Positions 45,996 to 58,819 of a stretch of DNA of 64,000 nt are shown here, one piece after another (positions within the stretch are counted from its first letter, which is position 1; every line of letters begins with the position of its first letter). The DNA comes from Escherichia coli (lineage in GTDB: Bacteria; Pseudomonadota; Gammaproteobacteria; Enterobacterales; Enterobacteriaceae), in the NCBI RefSeq assembly GCF_029227855.1, contig NZ_CP074356.1. One strand, written 5' to 3'. The notes below the pieces were generated by a model. It was not told where the DNA came from, did not search any database, and was given only the letters and a program-made list of their open reading frames with translations. Both the position numbers and the translations under genes were made by a program.

Positions 45996-46950
45996 ATCCT
46001 TTCCAGTCTAACGTGACAGGTTCGCCGTCACGAATAAAACAAAGCCCTTCGATATCGGCGGTCATTTGCCCGATACAGGTAAACGGTACGCCCAGATGTC
46101 CGAGAGCCACATCCAGCGCGCCACGGTTCAGTTCCGGCACCGTGAAACACAACTCGTAATCTTCACCGCCAGAGAGCGCCCAGCGCAGCGCCTGTTCCGG
46201 TTCAACATGGCGAGAAAGCGCATCAGAAAACGGCAGCAATGCCAGGTCAATACGTGCGCCGCAGTCGCTGGCTTTCACGATATGCCCGAGATCGGAAATC
46301 AGACCGTCAGAGAGATCGATAGCTGAATTTGCCAGATCGCGCAGTGCCTGTCCCTGTAAAATACGCGGAGATGGACGGAGATGACGTTTGATCAAGTAGT
46401 CCGCATCTTTAACATCGGCAACCTGCAAACGGTTTTGCAAAATCGCCAGCCCGGCGGCGCTATCGCCCGGTGTACCGGTCACATAGATCCAGTCACCCGG
46501 TTTCGCCCCAGCGCGCGTTAAGGCTCGTCCCATCGGAACAAAGCCGTGGATACCCAGCGTCATTGATAATGGCCCACGCGTGGTATCGCCGCCAATGAGT
46601 TGCATATCGTAATAATTGAGAAGATCAAACAAACTGTCGCTGAAGGACTCAAGCCACGCTTCGTCGACGTCCGGTAAGGTTAATGCCAGCGTCAGCCAGG
46701 CTGGATCGGCCCCCATCGCTGCCAGATCGCTTAGGTTCACCGCCAGTGCTTTATACGCCAGATCAGCAGGATCGATATCAGGGAGGAAGTGGTTGCCCGC
46801 CACCAGCGTATCAGTGCTGATCGCCAGGGTCTGTTTCTCGGGGATATTGAGAAGTGCGCAATCGTCGCCAATGCCCAGTTCGACATCAAGACGAGAACTT
46901 CTTACACGGTCAAAATAACGGGCAATCAGGGAGAACTCGCCACATGCCAT
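45973..46950 (-). CDS. thiL: Thiamine-monophosphate kinase
   Basis: 325-aa ORF, translation recognised as ThiL. Confidence 0.93.
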
Positions 46951-47027
46951 ACGTTATGCCTCAGCAGGTAAAAAAGAAAAGGCCGGCGATCGCGGAACGG
47001 TCTTCCGTGAATCTACCGGCCTGGATA

Positions 47028-47447
47028 TCACTTTTTGTTAGGGCGAATCACAGGTGCTGCTTTATCGAGTACGCCGTTGACGAACTTATGGCTGTCTTCT
47101 GCGCCGAACGATTTCGCCAGTTCGATCGCTTCGTTAATGGCCACTTTGTATGGCACATCGCTACGTTTAGACAGCTCATACAGCGCAATGCGCAGTACTG
47201 CTTTTTCTACCTGGCCCAGTTCTTCCAGCAGGCGGGACAGGTATGGCTTCATCAGTCCGTCGAGGTATGCGGTGTTAGTCGCCACCCCGGCCAGCAGCTC
47301 ACGGAAGTACAGGACGTCAACGTCTTTTACATCCTGTTCAGCCAGGAACTGGTATTCAACATCAGCGATGTCGTTCTGGGACAACTGCCAGGAGTAGAGC
47401 GCCTGGACGGCACACTCACGAGCGCGGCGACGAGCAGCAGGTTTCAC
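47028..47447 (-). CDS. nusB: Transcription antitermination factor NusB
   Basis: 139-aa product [35 protein letters not shown]... Confidence 0.95.
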
Positions 47448-47466
47448 GGATTTCCCCTTACTAATT

Positions 47467-47937
47467 TCAGGCCTTGATGGCTTTCAATACATTAATCATT
47501 TCAAGCGCGGTCAGTGCAGCTTCTGCACCTTTGTTGCCAGCTTTGGTGCCAGCACGTTCGATCGCTTGTTCAATGCTTTCAGTGGTCAGAACCCCAAAAG
47601 CAACCGGAATTTCGCTGTCCTGGGCAACATGCGCCAGGCCGTTGCTTGCACCACCAGCGACATATTCAAAGTGGGCAGTGCCACCACGAATAACCGTACC
47701 CAGCGCAATCACCGCGTCGTATTTACCGGTTTTAGCCAGTGCACCCGCCGCCAGCGGCAGCTCATAGGCACCAGGCACCCAAACAACGGTAATGTTTTCA
47801 TCTTTTACCTGACCGATACGTTTCAGTGCGTCAATTGCACCTTCCAGCAGGCTGTCATTGATAAAGTTGTTGAAACGCGCGATGGTGATGGCGACGCGAG
47901 CGTCCGGGGTAGCAACGTTAGCTTCAATAATGTTCAT
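47467..47937 (-). CDS. ribE: 6,7-dimethyl-8-ribityllumazine synthase
   Basis: 156-aa product [38 protein letters not shown]...; start at internal ATG. Confidence 0.95.
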
Positions 47938-48025
47938 TTTCTTCCTTCGGGTTCGAGTATGGCCCCGCAGGGGGGCGGATTTTAGCATAATATTTCGTGC
48001 GCTGCTTCCCTTTCGAGCCGGGAGA

Positions 48026-49129
48026 TCATGCACCCACTAAATGCAGGCAAACATCCGGGCCTACATGACGTATCTCTTTGAATTTAAATTGGGGGGCGTC
48101 AGCTAATTTCTCAAGCCCTGGCAGCGTGCATAATCCACGGGCGTCGCTGCCTAATAGTTTAGGTGCGATATAGACAATCAGCTCATCGACTAAACCCGCC
48201 TGCAGCAATGCGCCAGCGAGCGTTGGCCCCGCTTCCACCCAGATGCTGTTAATCTGCTGTTTACCCAGTTGCATCATTAGTACAACCAGATCCAGATGAC
48301 CTTTATGCTCTGGAATCAGCAAGGTACGTACCGTTTCCGGCCACTCACGAGAATCTTCCTGCGTACGCGCGAACCAGGTTTCGCCGGGCTGCTGCACAAT
48401 GCGATGTTCCGGCGTCACGCGATTTTGGCTATCAATCACAATACGTATCGGCTGACGGAGATTTTGTTGCGGATAGAGCGCCTGAGTTTGTTCATCCAGT
48501 TCAGACCAACGCACTGTTAAGGCTGGATCATCCGCCAGCACCGTGGCGCTGCTGGTTAAAATGGCATGACTTTGTGCGCGCAGTCGTTGTACGTCGCGCC
48601 GCGCCTGAGGCGAAGTGATCCACTGGCTTTCGCCGCTCGCCATCGCCGTGCGACCATCAAGCGATGCGCCAAGTTTTAATTGAATATAAGGAAAGCCGGT
48701 GCGCATCCGCTTGAGAAAGCCTTTATTCAATTGCTCGGCTTCACTCATCATCAGCCCGTGGCTGACGTCAATGCCAGCCTGTTGCAGACGATATAGCCCT
48801 CGCCCAGCTACCTGCGGGTTAGGATCTTGCATCGAGGCAACCACGCGCGCCACACCTGCGGCAATTAATGCATCACAGCAAGGCGGCGTACGGCCGTGAT
48901 GGCTGCAAGGTTCGAGTGTCACATACGCAGTCGCACCTTTGGCTTTATCTCCAGCCATACGCAACGCATGTACTTCGGCGTGTGGTTCACCAGCACGGTG
49001 ATGGTAACCTTCACCGACAATTTCGCCATCTTTGACAATGACGCACCCGACATTCGGGTTAGGATGCGTGGTAAAACGTCCTCGTTGCGCCAGCTTTAGC
49101 GCCCGCGCCATGTAATACTCGTCCTGCAC
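48026..49129 (-). CDS. ribD: Bifunctional riboflavin biosynthesis deaminase/reductase RibD
   Basis: 367-aa ORF with CMP/dCMP deaminase zinc motif (HAEVHAL ... [15 protein letters not shown]). Confidence 0.95.
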
Positions 49130-49132
49130 GGC

Positions 49133-49618
<486 letters not shown>

Positions 49619-49905
49619 TTACCCTGAACTGACGATACAACAAAGGCGCAACGCTTTTGAGATAAAGGATCGATGCTTTCGCTGCTTTTACCCTCTACCA
49701 TTAGGCTAATTGCGACGAGAAAGGGACGACCTATGAATACTAACGTTTTTCGACTGCTCCTGCTGGGAAGCCTGTTCAGCCTTAGCGCCTGTGTGCAGCA
49801 AAGCGAAGTGCGACAGATGAAACACAGCGTCAGCACGCTGAACCAGGAGATGACGCAACTCATTGACATCCTCCACGCCCTGAAGGACGTGGATCCCTGC
49901 TACGT

Positions 49906-51114
49906 TCAGGCTGTCGCCTGAATCATTTCGGTGGGTTCCTGCTTCAACGGGCGGCCTGACTGCACCATCTCTCCACAGGCAAGAACGGCGTGCCCCGCCG
50001 CTAAAATGTTACGAGCGCCATTTACATCGGCGTTCGCTGTATATCCACATACCTGGCATCTGAATTGACTTTGTGACAGGCGATTTTCTTTCGCTGTATG
50101 ACCACAGCACGCGCAACGCTGACTTGTGTACGCTGGCGGAACAGCAAGCACCTGACCGCCACTCCAGAGCTGCTTGTACTCAAGCTGGCGGCGCATTTCA
50201 TACCAGCCCTGATCCAGTATCGAACGGTTTAAACCTGATTTTGCCCGGACATTGCGCCCCGGCTGGCTGACCGTACCCGCTGCTGACTTTGACATGTTAC
50301 TGACCTTCAAATCCTCAATGACTATCATTGCGTGGTTTTTGCTGACGGTCGTTGTGACTTTATGAAGGTAGTCCCTGCGGATATTTGCGATACAGGAATG
50401 CAGTCGCTGTATTTTGCGTTTCTGCTTCTGCCAGTTGTTGCTGAATTTGACCTTGCGGCTTAACTGTCGCTGAAGTCTCGCCAGCTTCTTCTGGTTTTTC
50501 TGAAAACTGTTTACAGGCTCAAAGACTGTGCCATCTGACAGCGTGGCGAGTTTAGCCACGCCAGCATCCAGCCCGACCATTGATGCTGAAGGGTGAACCG
50601 GAGTTGATACTTCACTTTCTGTCTGAATACTGATGTACCACTTACCGCAGGACTGGCAGACCGTGACATTTTTCACAACACCCGTGACCTGACGGCTATT
50701 CCGGTAGCGCATCCAGCCAAGTTTCGGCAGAAAAATACGGCTGTTTTCCTGATCGAGCTTAACGCCCTGCGGGTAGCGGAATGCATCATTCTGTCCCCGC
50801 TTTTTGAATCGGGGAAAAGCAGCCCGCTTCCGGAAGAAGTTTTTGTAAACCCGCTCAAGGTCTTTCAGTGACTGTTGCAATGGCTGTGAGGGCGAATCTT
50901 TAAGCCATTGCGTTTCAGTGGCGTTTTTCCACTCAACCAGCCAGGAAGCCATTTTCCCGTAAGGGATGTATTTATTACCGGCCTCATGATTCTCATTCTG
51001 AAGCGCCAGAGCACGATTGAAAACGAAACGACATGCGCCTGCGAAGCGCCTCATTTCACGCTCCTGTTGACCACCGGGTCTTAACTGGAATTTAAATGCC
51101 TGTAGTCGTTTCAC
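49906..51114 (-). CDS. tnpB: TnpB (OrfB) of IS605-family element; RuvC-like RNA-guided nuclease family
   Basis: 402-aa intact ORF, N-terminus [17 protein letters not shown]...; C-terminal zinc-finger CxxC...CxxC (CACCGH...CQVCGY); resembles K-12 IS609 InsQ as I recall it. Confidence 0.88.
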   Translation of the reverse strand: MKRLQAFKFQLRPGGQQEREMRRFAGACRFVFNRALALQNENHEAGNKYIPYGKMASWLVEWKNATETQWLKDSPSQPLQQSLKDLERVYKNFFRKRAAFPRFKKRGQNDAFRYPQGVKLDQENSRIFLPKLGWMRYRNSRQVTGVVKNVTVCQSCGKWYISIQTESEVSTPVHPSASMVGLDAGVAKLATLSDGTVFEPVNSFQKNQKKLARLQRQLSRKVKFSNNWQKQKRKIQRLHSCIANIRRDYLHKVTTTVSKNHAMIVIEDLKVSNMSKSAAGTVSQPGRNVRAKSGLNRSILDQGWYEMRRQLEYKQLWSGGQVLAVPPAYTSQRCACCGHTAKENRLSQSQFRCQVCGYTANADVNGARNILAAGHAVLACGEMVQSGRPLKQEPTEMIQATA

Positions 51115-51121
51115 AGGCCAA

Positions 51122-51600
51122 ATGATACTTTGGTCTGTGAAAAAAGAAACCGATATCCGGCGTGGAAGGCATTGTGTTTTCCTGATGCATGTTCACCTGG
51201 TCTTTGTCCCAAATACCGACGCCAGATTTTTGACCATGACGCGACAGAAAAACCACGCACTTACTTTTCAGATGTATGTGCTGATTTTGAAGCTGAACTG
51301 GTTGAAATGGATGGCGAACCAGATCACGTCCATTTGTTAATTAACTATCCTCCCAAACTGGCGATATCCAGTCTGGTAAACAGCCTCAAAGGCGTATCGG
51401 GTAGGTGACTGCGACGAGATCGACCAGATATTGCAGTCAGGTATTACTACAAAGGCGTTTTGTGGAGTCCTGGCTATTTTGCCAGTAGCTGCGGAGGTGC
51501 GCCAATATCCGTCATCCGCCAATACATTGAACAACAGCAAACACCTGGTCAGGTGGAAAACCGCGCCTTATATCCCCGCCCTGAAGGACGGGGTTTTACG
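51122..51600 (+). pseudogene. tnpA: IS200/IS605-family Y1 transposase TnpA, frameshifted
   Basis: HVHLVFVP in one frame continues as KYRRQIF...DHVHLLINYPPK...LKG in the -1 frame (A-run at about 51211); C-terminal ...WSPGYFASSCGGAPISVIRQYIEQQ lies in a third frame. Confidence 0.75.
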
Positions 51601-52316
51601 GCGCACCGGATAAAGAAACAGTCAAAATCACTCAGCAAAACAGGCTGAATGCAAAATCCAGCAGTGGGGTTTACCTTCTGCCTGGAGCGAAAACACCAGC
51701 AAGACTGGAAAGCCAGATCGGTACTTTACGTATGTCGCTGGTGAATATTACGCCTGATACAGATGGCACCACCCTGACGCTACGTATTCAGGGCGAGTCG
51801 AATGATCCCTTGCCCGCATTCAGCGGAACTGTTGAATATGGGCAAATTCAGGGAACAATAGACAACTTTCAGGAAATCAATGTGCAGAATCAATTGATTA
51901 ACGCCCCTGCCAGCGTCCTCGCCCCCAGCGATGTTGATATTCCGTTACAGTTAAAGGGTATTTCTGTGGATCAGTTAGGCTTTGTACGTATCCACGACAT
52001 TCAACCTGTTATGCAGTAAACGTTTCGCGGGGCGTTTTGTGCGTCCCGCAACATCTTTCCCCGTCATTTTGTTACTCTGCTTACATCACCCAGATTGATA
52101 GTAAAAGTTTGCAACAAGGGTGAAAGTCAGTACAATCCCCGCCCGAATGTGTGTAAACGTGAACGCAATCGATTACGTAAATGATAGAACTGTGAAACGA
52201 AACATATTTTTGTGAGCAATGATTTTTATAATAGGCTCCTCTGTATACGAAATATTTAGAAACGCAATTTGCGCCTTTTTCACTCCCGCAAGGGATTTTC
52301 AAACAGTGGCATACAT

Positions 52317-53201
52317 ATGAAAAAAACATTACTGGCAGCCGGTGCGGTACTGGCGCTCTCTTCGTCTTTTACTGTCAACGCAGCTGAAAACGACAAACCG
52401 CAGTATCTTTCCGACTGGTGGCACCAGAGCGTTAACGTTGTCGGAAGCTATCACACCCGTTTCGGACCGCAGATCCGCAACGATACCTACCTTGAGTACG
52501 AAGCATTCGCTAAAAAAGACTGGTTCGACTTCTATGGTTATGCGGATGCGCCGGTATTCTTCGGCGGTAACTCCGATGCAAAAGGTATCTGGAACCACGG
52601 TTCTCCGCTGTTTATGGAAATCGAACCACGTTTCTCCATCGACAAGCTGACCAATACTGACCTTAGCTTTGGTCCGTTCAAAGAGTGGTACTTCGCGAAC
52701 AACTACATTTACGACATGGGTCGTAATAAAGATGGTCGCCAGAGCACCTGGTACATGGGTCTGGGTACCGATATCGATACTGGCCTGCCGATGAGCCTGT
52801 CCATGAACGTCTATGCGAAATACCAGTGGCAGAACTATGGCGCAGCGAATGAAAACGAGTGGGACGGTTACCGTTTCAAAATTAAATACTTTGTGCCGAT
52901 TACCGATCTGTGGGGCGGTCAGCTGAGCTACATCGGCTTCACCAACTTCGACTGGGGTTCCGATTTAGGGGATGACAGCGGTAATGCAATAAACGGTATT
53001 AAGACCCGTACCAATAACTCCATCGCTTCCAGCCATATTCTGGCTCTGAACTACGATCACTGGCACTACTCTGTCGTAGCTCGTTACTGGCACGACGGTG
53101 GTCAGTGGAACGACGATGCAGAACTGAACTTCGGCAACGGCAACTTCAACGTTCGCTCTACCGGCTGGGGTGGTTACCTGGTAGTAGGTTACAACTTCTA
53201 A
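52317..53201 (+). CDS. tsx: Nucleoside-specific outer-membrane channel Tsx
   Basis: 294-aa product [38 protein letters not shown]... with signal peptide; start at internal ATG 52317. Confidence 0.95.
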
Positions 53202-53211
53202 TTGTGAGAAT

Positions 53212-53238
53212 GCCGGATTTCATATCCGGCATTTTTTA
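53212..53238 (+). terminator. tsx rho-independent terminator
   Basis: Hairpin GCCGGAT-TTCAT-ATCCGGC followed by ATTTTTTA, 10 nt after the tsx stop. Confidence 0.75.
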
Positions 53239-53586
53239 TCACTTCTTCTTGTTCATCATCGCTTTCAGGTCAGCGAATGGGTTGTACTTCGCTTCACCGA
53301 CATCTTTCTGCGCATCTTCCCCTGCGATAACGGTCGTACCATACTGATCTGCTTCGGTATATTTTGAATGCTCGTGATCGTGGCAATAAAGACACAATAA
53401 CTCCCAGTTACTGCCGTCTTCCGGGTTATTGGTATGGTCGTGATCAATGTGGTGAACGGTAAGTTCACGCAGGTTGGAATAAACAAACTCGCGAGAACAG
53501 CGACCGCAGACCCACGGATAGATTTTTAATGCTTTTTCGCGATAGCCGCTTTCTAAGCGCGCATAGTTTTTGGGGATGATAGCCAT
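53239..53586 (-). CDS. yajD: HNH-nuclease-family protein YajD
   Basis: 115-aa ORF with HNH-like Cys/His motifs (CGRC ... HHIDHDHTNN ... CLYCHDHEH). Confidence 0.9.
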   Translation of the reverse strand: MAIIPKNYARLESGYREKALKIYPWVCGRCSREFVYSNLRELTVHHIDHDHTNNPEDGSNWELLCLYCHDHEHSKYTEADQYGTTVIAGEDAQKDVGEAKYNPFADLKAMMNKKK

Positions 53587-53649
53587 GAAAAGTTACCTGG
53601 ATGAAATGTAGGGTTACGCGCAGTTTCCCAAGATGCGGAGATTTTCGCA

Positions 53650-54370
53650 ATCTCCATACATCAATAAATATCCTCCGGCATAGCCGGAGGTTTTTCAAAT
53701 GCGCCTATAAGGCTCTCTTACCAGCCGCGCCCTAACAGGCGCACACGATCTGACATTTGCATCCAACTTCGTTACTTACGGCCCGTAAACGGGCTGCCCG
53801 GATAGGGAATCGATAACTGCTCTCCCATTTTATCCTCTTCAAGCTGGTGCTTTATGTAATCCTGTATCTTCGCCGTGTTCTTACCCACTGTATCGACGTA
53901 GTACCCTCTGCACCAGAACTCCCTGTTCCTGTATTTGAATTTCAAATCACCAAACTGCTCGTAAAGCATCAGACTGCTTTTCCCTTTCAGATATCCCATA
54001 AACCCGGATACGCTCATTTTAGGCGGGATCTCCACAAGCATATGGATATGATCTGCACAGCATTCAGCTTCCAGAATCCGTACGCTTTTCCACTCACACA
54101 GCTTTCTCAAAATACTGCCTATTGCTCTACGCTTCTCTCTGTAGAACACCTGTCTTCGGTATTTTGGCGCAAAAACTATGTGATATTTACAGTTCCATCG
54201 GGTGTGCGCTAAGCTCTTTTCGTTCCCCATTGGGACCCCCTTTTGATTTCTTGTTTGACACTTGCAGTTGCCAGACCGCAAGGTGTTTTAACAAATCAAA
54301 AGGGGTTTTAATAACTGGCTCAAAGCTGAAAGCTTTCCGGAACCCCCTGCCTAGCTGGGGGTTTTCTGTG
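53650..54370. mobile_element. IS200-type insertion sequence (boundaries approximate)
   Basis: About 0.7 kb between yajD and secF carrying an IS200-type tnpA; upstream of tnpA are the hairpins typical of the IS200 left end (RBS-sequestering palindrome 54235..54300, GC-hairpin 54334..54356). Confidence 0.6.
53772..54230 (-). CDS. tnpA: IS200 transposase TnpA (HUH Y1 family)
   Basis: 152-aa product MGNEKSLAHTRWNCKYHIVFAPKYRRQVFYREKRRAIGSILRKL...DHIHMLVEIPPKMSVSGFMGYLKGKSS..., classic IS200 TnpA; start at internal ATG. Confidence 0.9.
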   Translation of the reverse strand: MGNEKSLAHTRWNCKYHIVFAPKYRRQVFYREKRRAIGSILRKLCEWKSVRILEAECCADHIHMLVEIPPKMSVSGFMGYLKGKSSLMLYEQFGDLKFKYRNREFWCRGYYVDTVGKNTAKIQDYIKHQLEEDKMGEQLSIPYPGSPFTGRK

Positions 54371-54424
54371 CACAAAAAAATCCCGATCTTCTGACCGGGA
54401 TTTTCAACATCAACGGGAACTTGA

Positions 54425-55396
54425 TTACGGCAGAATTGACGGCTGATCCGCCCCTTCTTTTTCCACTTTCTGCTGCAGCATGTGTTCGCGCTTCATACCC
54501 AGTTTCAGAGCCAGCGCCGATGCCACATAGATGGAAGATGCAGTACCGATGGAAACACCGATAAGCATGGTCAGCGAGAAGCCTTCCAGTACCGGACCAC
54601 CGAAGAGGTACAGCATCAGGATAACCATCAAGGTAGTACCGGATGTGATCAAGGTACGGTGCAGCGTCTGGGTCAAGGACACGTTAAAGATTTCGTAAGG
54701 CGTACCGCGACGGATCTTGCGGAAGTTTTCGCGAATACGGTCTGATACCACGATACTGTCGTTAAGCGAGTAACCGATAACCGACATCAACGATGCCACA
54801 ATGGTCAGGTCAATCTCGATATGGAATAACGACAAAATACCCAGCGTAATGATAACGTCGTGCGCCAGCGCAATAACAACCCCTGCCGCCAGTCGCCACT
54901 CAAAGCGGAAACCTACGTACACGAGGATAGATAGCAGCGCCGCCATCAACGCCATCGCACCGGTTTGCGCAAGGTCTGCCCCCACGCTCGGACCGACGAA
55001 CTCAATACGCTTCACTGCCGCATTCTGATTGGTGGATTCGTTAATCACCTTCAGAACCTGGCTGCCCAGCACCTGACCGCCGGTTTCGCCTTCAGCAGGC
55101 GGCATACGGACCATGATGTCGTGGCTGCTACCAAAGTTTTGCAGCATCGGCTCTTCAAAACCGGCTTTTTGCAATGCATCACGCATTACGTCAATTTCAG
55201 CCGGTTTTTCGAGCGTAATTTCGATAACCGTACCACCGGTGAAATCCAGCCCCCAGTTAAAGCCGCGCACGCCCATAATAACGATAGCGGCGATTAACAG
55301 CAGACCAGAGATGCCAAAAGCCCAGTAGTCCCAGCGCATAAAGTCATAGACTTTACGGCCGTGGTTTAGTTGTTCAACAGTATATTCCTGTGCCAC
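54425..55396 (-). CDS. secF: Protein translocase subunit SecF
   Basis: 323-aa product (M)[27 protein letters not shown]... from a GTG start (reverse complement of cac at 55394..55396); the track ORF extends upstream into secD. Confidence 0.92.
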
Positions 55397-55406
55397 ATCG
55401 CACTCC

Positions 55407-57254
55407 TCAGATTGACAGCTTCTTGACGCGCTTGCCGCCATATAGCAGGTTTACGATGGCACGCGTACCGACAATCGCGGTAAACATCGACGTCGCCACA
55501 CCGATACCGGTAGTAATCGCGAACCCTTTAATTGCCCCGGTACCCACTGCGTACAGGATGATAACTTTAATCAGCGTGGTGATGTTCGCATCGAAGATGG
55601 AACTGAATGCGCCACGATAACCTTCATCAATTGCCTGTTGAACAGTACGTCCGTTGCTCAACTCTTCTTTAATACGTTCGTTGATAAGTACGTTCGCATC
55701 GACCGCTACCGCAAGGGTTAAGACGATACCCGCGATACCTGGCATACTCAGCGTTGCGCCTGGCAACAGCGACATAATGCCGACAATCAAGATCAAGTTG
55801 GCAATCAGAGCACTGGTCGCAATCAGACCAAACTTCTTATAGAAGATGATCATGAACAGAATAGAAACCAGCAGACCGGCAAGGCAAGCCTCCAGCCCCT
55901 GCTCAATGTTCTGCATACCCAGGGTCGGGCCAATGGTACGTTCTTCAACAATCTGAATCGGCGCGATCAACGCACCGGCACGCAGCAAAAGTGAAAGCTG
56001 ACGGGCTTCGTTCGGGTTGTTAATACCGGTGATACGGAAGCTGTTACCCAGACGAGACTGGATGTTAGCGATGTTAATCACCTCTTCCTGTTTCACCAGA
56101 ACCGCACGACCGTTAGCATCTTTCTTGCCGCTGTCTTTGTACTCCACAAACAGGGTCGCCATCGGTTTGCCGATGTTGTCCTTGGTGAAGTTAGACATAA
56201 TGTTGCCACCTGCGCTATCGAGCGAGATGTTAACCTGCGGCTGGTTGTATTCGTCCTGGCTGGAAGTGGAGTCGGTGATATGGTCACCGGTCAGAATTAC
56301 GCGTTTGTACAGCACAACTGGCTGACCTTCGCGGGTCTGTTTCACTTCAGAGTCGCCAGGTACGCGACCGGATGCCGCTGCGGCCTGATCAACGTTAGTG
56401 TTTACCAGACGGAATTCCAGCGTTGCCGTCGCACCCAGAATCTCTTTCGCACGCGCGGTGTCCTGAATACCTGGCAGTTCAACAACGATACGGTCAGCAC
56501 CCTGACGCTGAACCACCGGCTCCGCCACACCAAGTTGGTTTACACGGTTACGCAGGATATTAATGTTCTGCTGCACCGCATATTCACGCGCTTCACTAAG
56601 GCGAGCATCGCTCATTACCGCACGCAGCTGGTTGCTGCCCTGGCTACTAATCACCAGGTCCGGATGACGCTTGCTCAAATACGCAATGGCTTCATCACGA
56701 GCTTTAGCATCGCGGAAAGTGATGCTCAGGCCGTAGTTGTTTTCTTTACGAACGGTGGTATACGGGATGCCCTTTTCGCGCAGGTCGCTGCGCAGGCTAT
56801 CGATATTTTGTTCCTGGAGTTTGCCAAGCGCGGTGTCCATATCCACTTCCATCAGGAAGTGAACGCCGCCACGCAGGTCAAGGCCGAGCTTCATCGGCTC
56901 AGCGTGAATAGCTGCCAGCCAGCGCGGCGTTGCCGGGGCAAGGTTAAGCGCCACGACGTATTTGTCACCCATAACGCCCATTAATGCTTCACGAGCGCGC
57001 AGCTGGGTGTCAGTGGAGTCGAAGCGCGCAAGAATAGCGCCCTCTTCCAGTGCCACAGACTTAGCAGTTATTTTTTCTTCTTGTAACGTTTTCTGGACCT
57101 GGATCAGCGTTTGCTCACTGGCGGCGACTCCGCGCGCACCAGTGATCTGAACAGCCGGATCCTCACCAAACAGGTTGGGAAGCGCATACAGCAGACCGAT
57201 GACAATCACCACGATCAGCATGACGTACTTCCACAAAGGATAACGGTTTAACAC
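55407..57254 (-). CDS. secD: Protein translocase subunit SecD
   Basis: 615-aa ORF with N-terminal TM, large periplasmic domain and C-terminal TM bundle. Confidence 0.95.
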   Translation of the reverse strand: MLNRYPLWKYVMLIVVIVIGLLYALPNLFGEDPAVQITGARGVAASEQTLIQVQKTLQEEKITAKSVALEEGAILARFDSTDTQLRAREALMGVMGDKYVVALNLAPATPRWLAAIHAEPMKLGLDLRGGVHFLMEVDMDTALGKLQEQNIDSLRSDLREKGIPYTTVRKENNYGLSITFRDAKARDEAIAYLSKRHPDLVISSQGSNQLRAVMSDARLSEAREYAVQQNINILRNRVNQLGVAEPVVQRQGADRIVVELPGIQDTARAKEILGATATLEFRLVNTNVDQAAAASGRVPGDSEVKQTREGQPVVLYKRVILTGDHITDSTSSQDEYNQPQVNISLDSAGGNIMSNFTKDNIGKPMATLFVEYKDSGKKDANGRAVLVKQEEVINIANIQSRLGNSFRITGINNPNEARQLSLLLRAGALIAPIQIVEERTIGPTLGMQNIEQGLEACLAGLLVSILFMIIFYKKFGLIATSALIANLILIVGIMSLLPGATLSMPGIAGIVLTLAVAVDANVLINERIKEELSNGRTVQQAIDEGYRGAFSSIFDANITTLIKVIILYAVGTGAIKGFAITTGIGVATSMFTAIVGTRAIVNLLYGGKRVKKLSI

Positions 57255-57281
57255 GGCAATTCCCTTAGGGAAAAATTTTAA

Positions 57282-57614
57282 TTACAGCGCCTTCATGGTG
57301 CCTTTCGGCAGGACGGCAGCTACGAAGTCACGTTTAATAACTACTTCAGTGGTGTCATTCAGCGCGATAGCAATGTAGCCGTTTTCCGCTACTTTGGTTA
57401 CGCGACCAACCAGGCCACCGTTCGTCAGAACTTCATCACCTTTGGCAATGGAGTCCATCAGCTTTTTGTGTTCTTTGGTGCGCTTCTGCTGTGGACGCAG
57501 GATCATGAAATAGAAAATCAGACCGAATACCACCAGCATCAAAATCAAAGACATCGGGCTACCTTGCGCCGGTGCACCCGTTGCCGCTACCGCATCAGAA
57601 ATAAAAAAGCTCAT
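57282..57614 (-). CDS. yajC: Sec translocon accessory subunit YajC
   Basis: 110-aa product MSFFISDAVAATGAPAQGSPMSLILMLVVFGLIFYFMILRPQQKR...; start at internal ATG. Confidence 0.92.
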   Translation of the reverse strand: MSFFISDAVAATGAPAQGSPMSLILMLVVFGLIFYFMILRPQQKRTKEHKKLMDSIAKGDEVLTNGGLVGRVTKVAENGYIAIALNDTTEVVIKRDFVAAVLPKGTMKAL

Positions 57615-57636
57615 TAAATTTCCCTCATTATTAATA

Positions 57637-58779
<1,143 letters not shown>

Positions 58780-58819
58780 TCAGAAAAACAGTCCAACGTT
58801 TTAAACCAGCGCCGCGGAA

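Larger units (their letters stand above)
49866..51608. mobile_element. IS200/IS605-family insertion sequence, IS609-like (divergent tnpA/tnpB)
   Basis: About 1.74 kb interrupting yajI; carries tnpB plus a degenerate Y1-transposase tnpA; near-identical subterminal imperfect palindromes at 49872..49891 and 51574..51593; boundaries approximate. Confidence 0.8.
49733..52019 (+). pseudogene. yajI: Lipoprotein gene yajI interrupted by an IS605-family insertion
   Basis: N-terminal 43 codons (MNTNVFRLLLLGSLFSLSAC..., lipobox) at 49733..49861 then an early stop; the C-terminal part (...KETVKITQQNRLNAKSS... through ...IHDIQPVMQ) resumes in frame from about 51609 to 52019. Confidence 0.8.
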
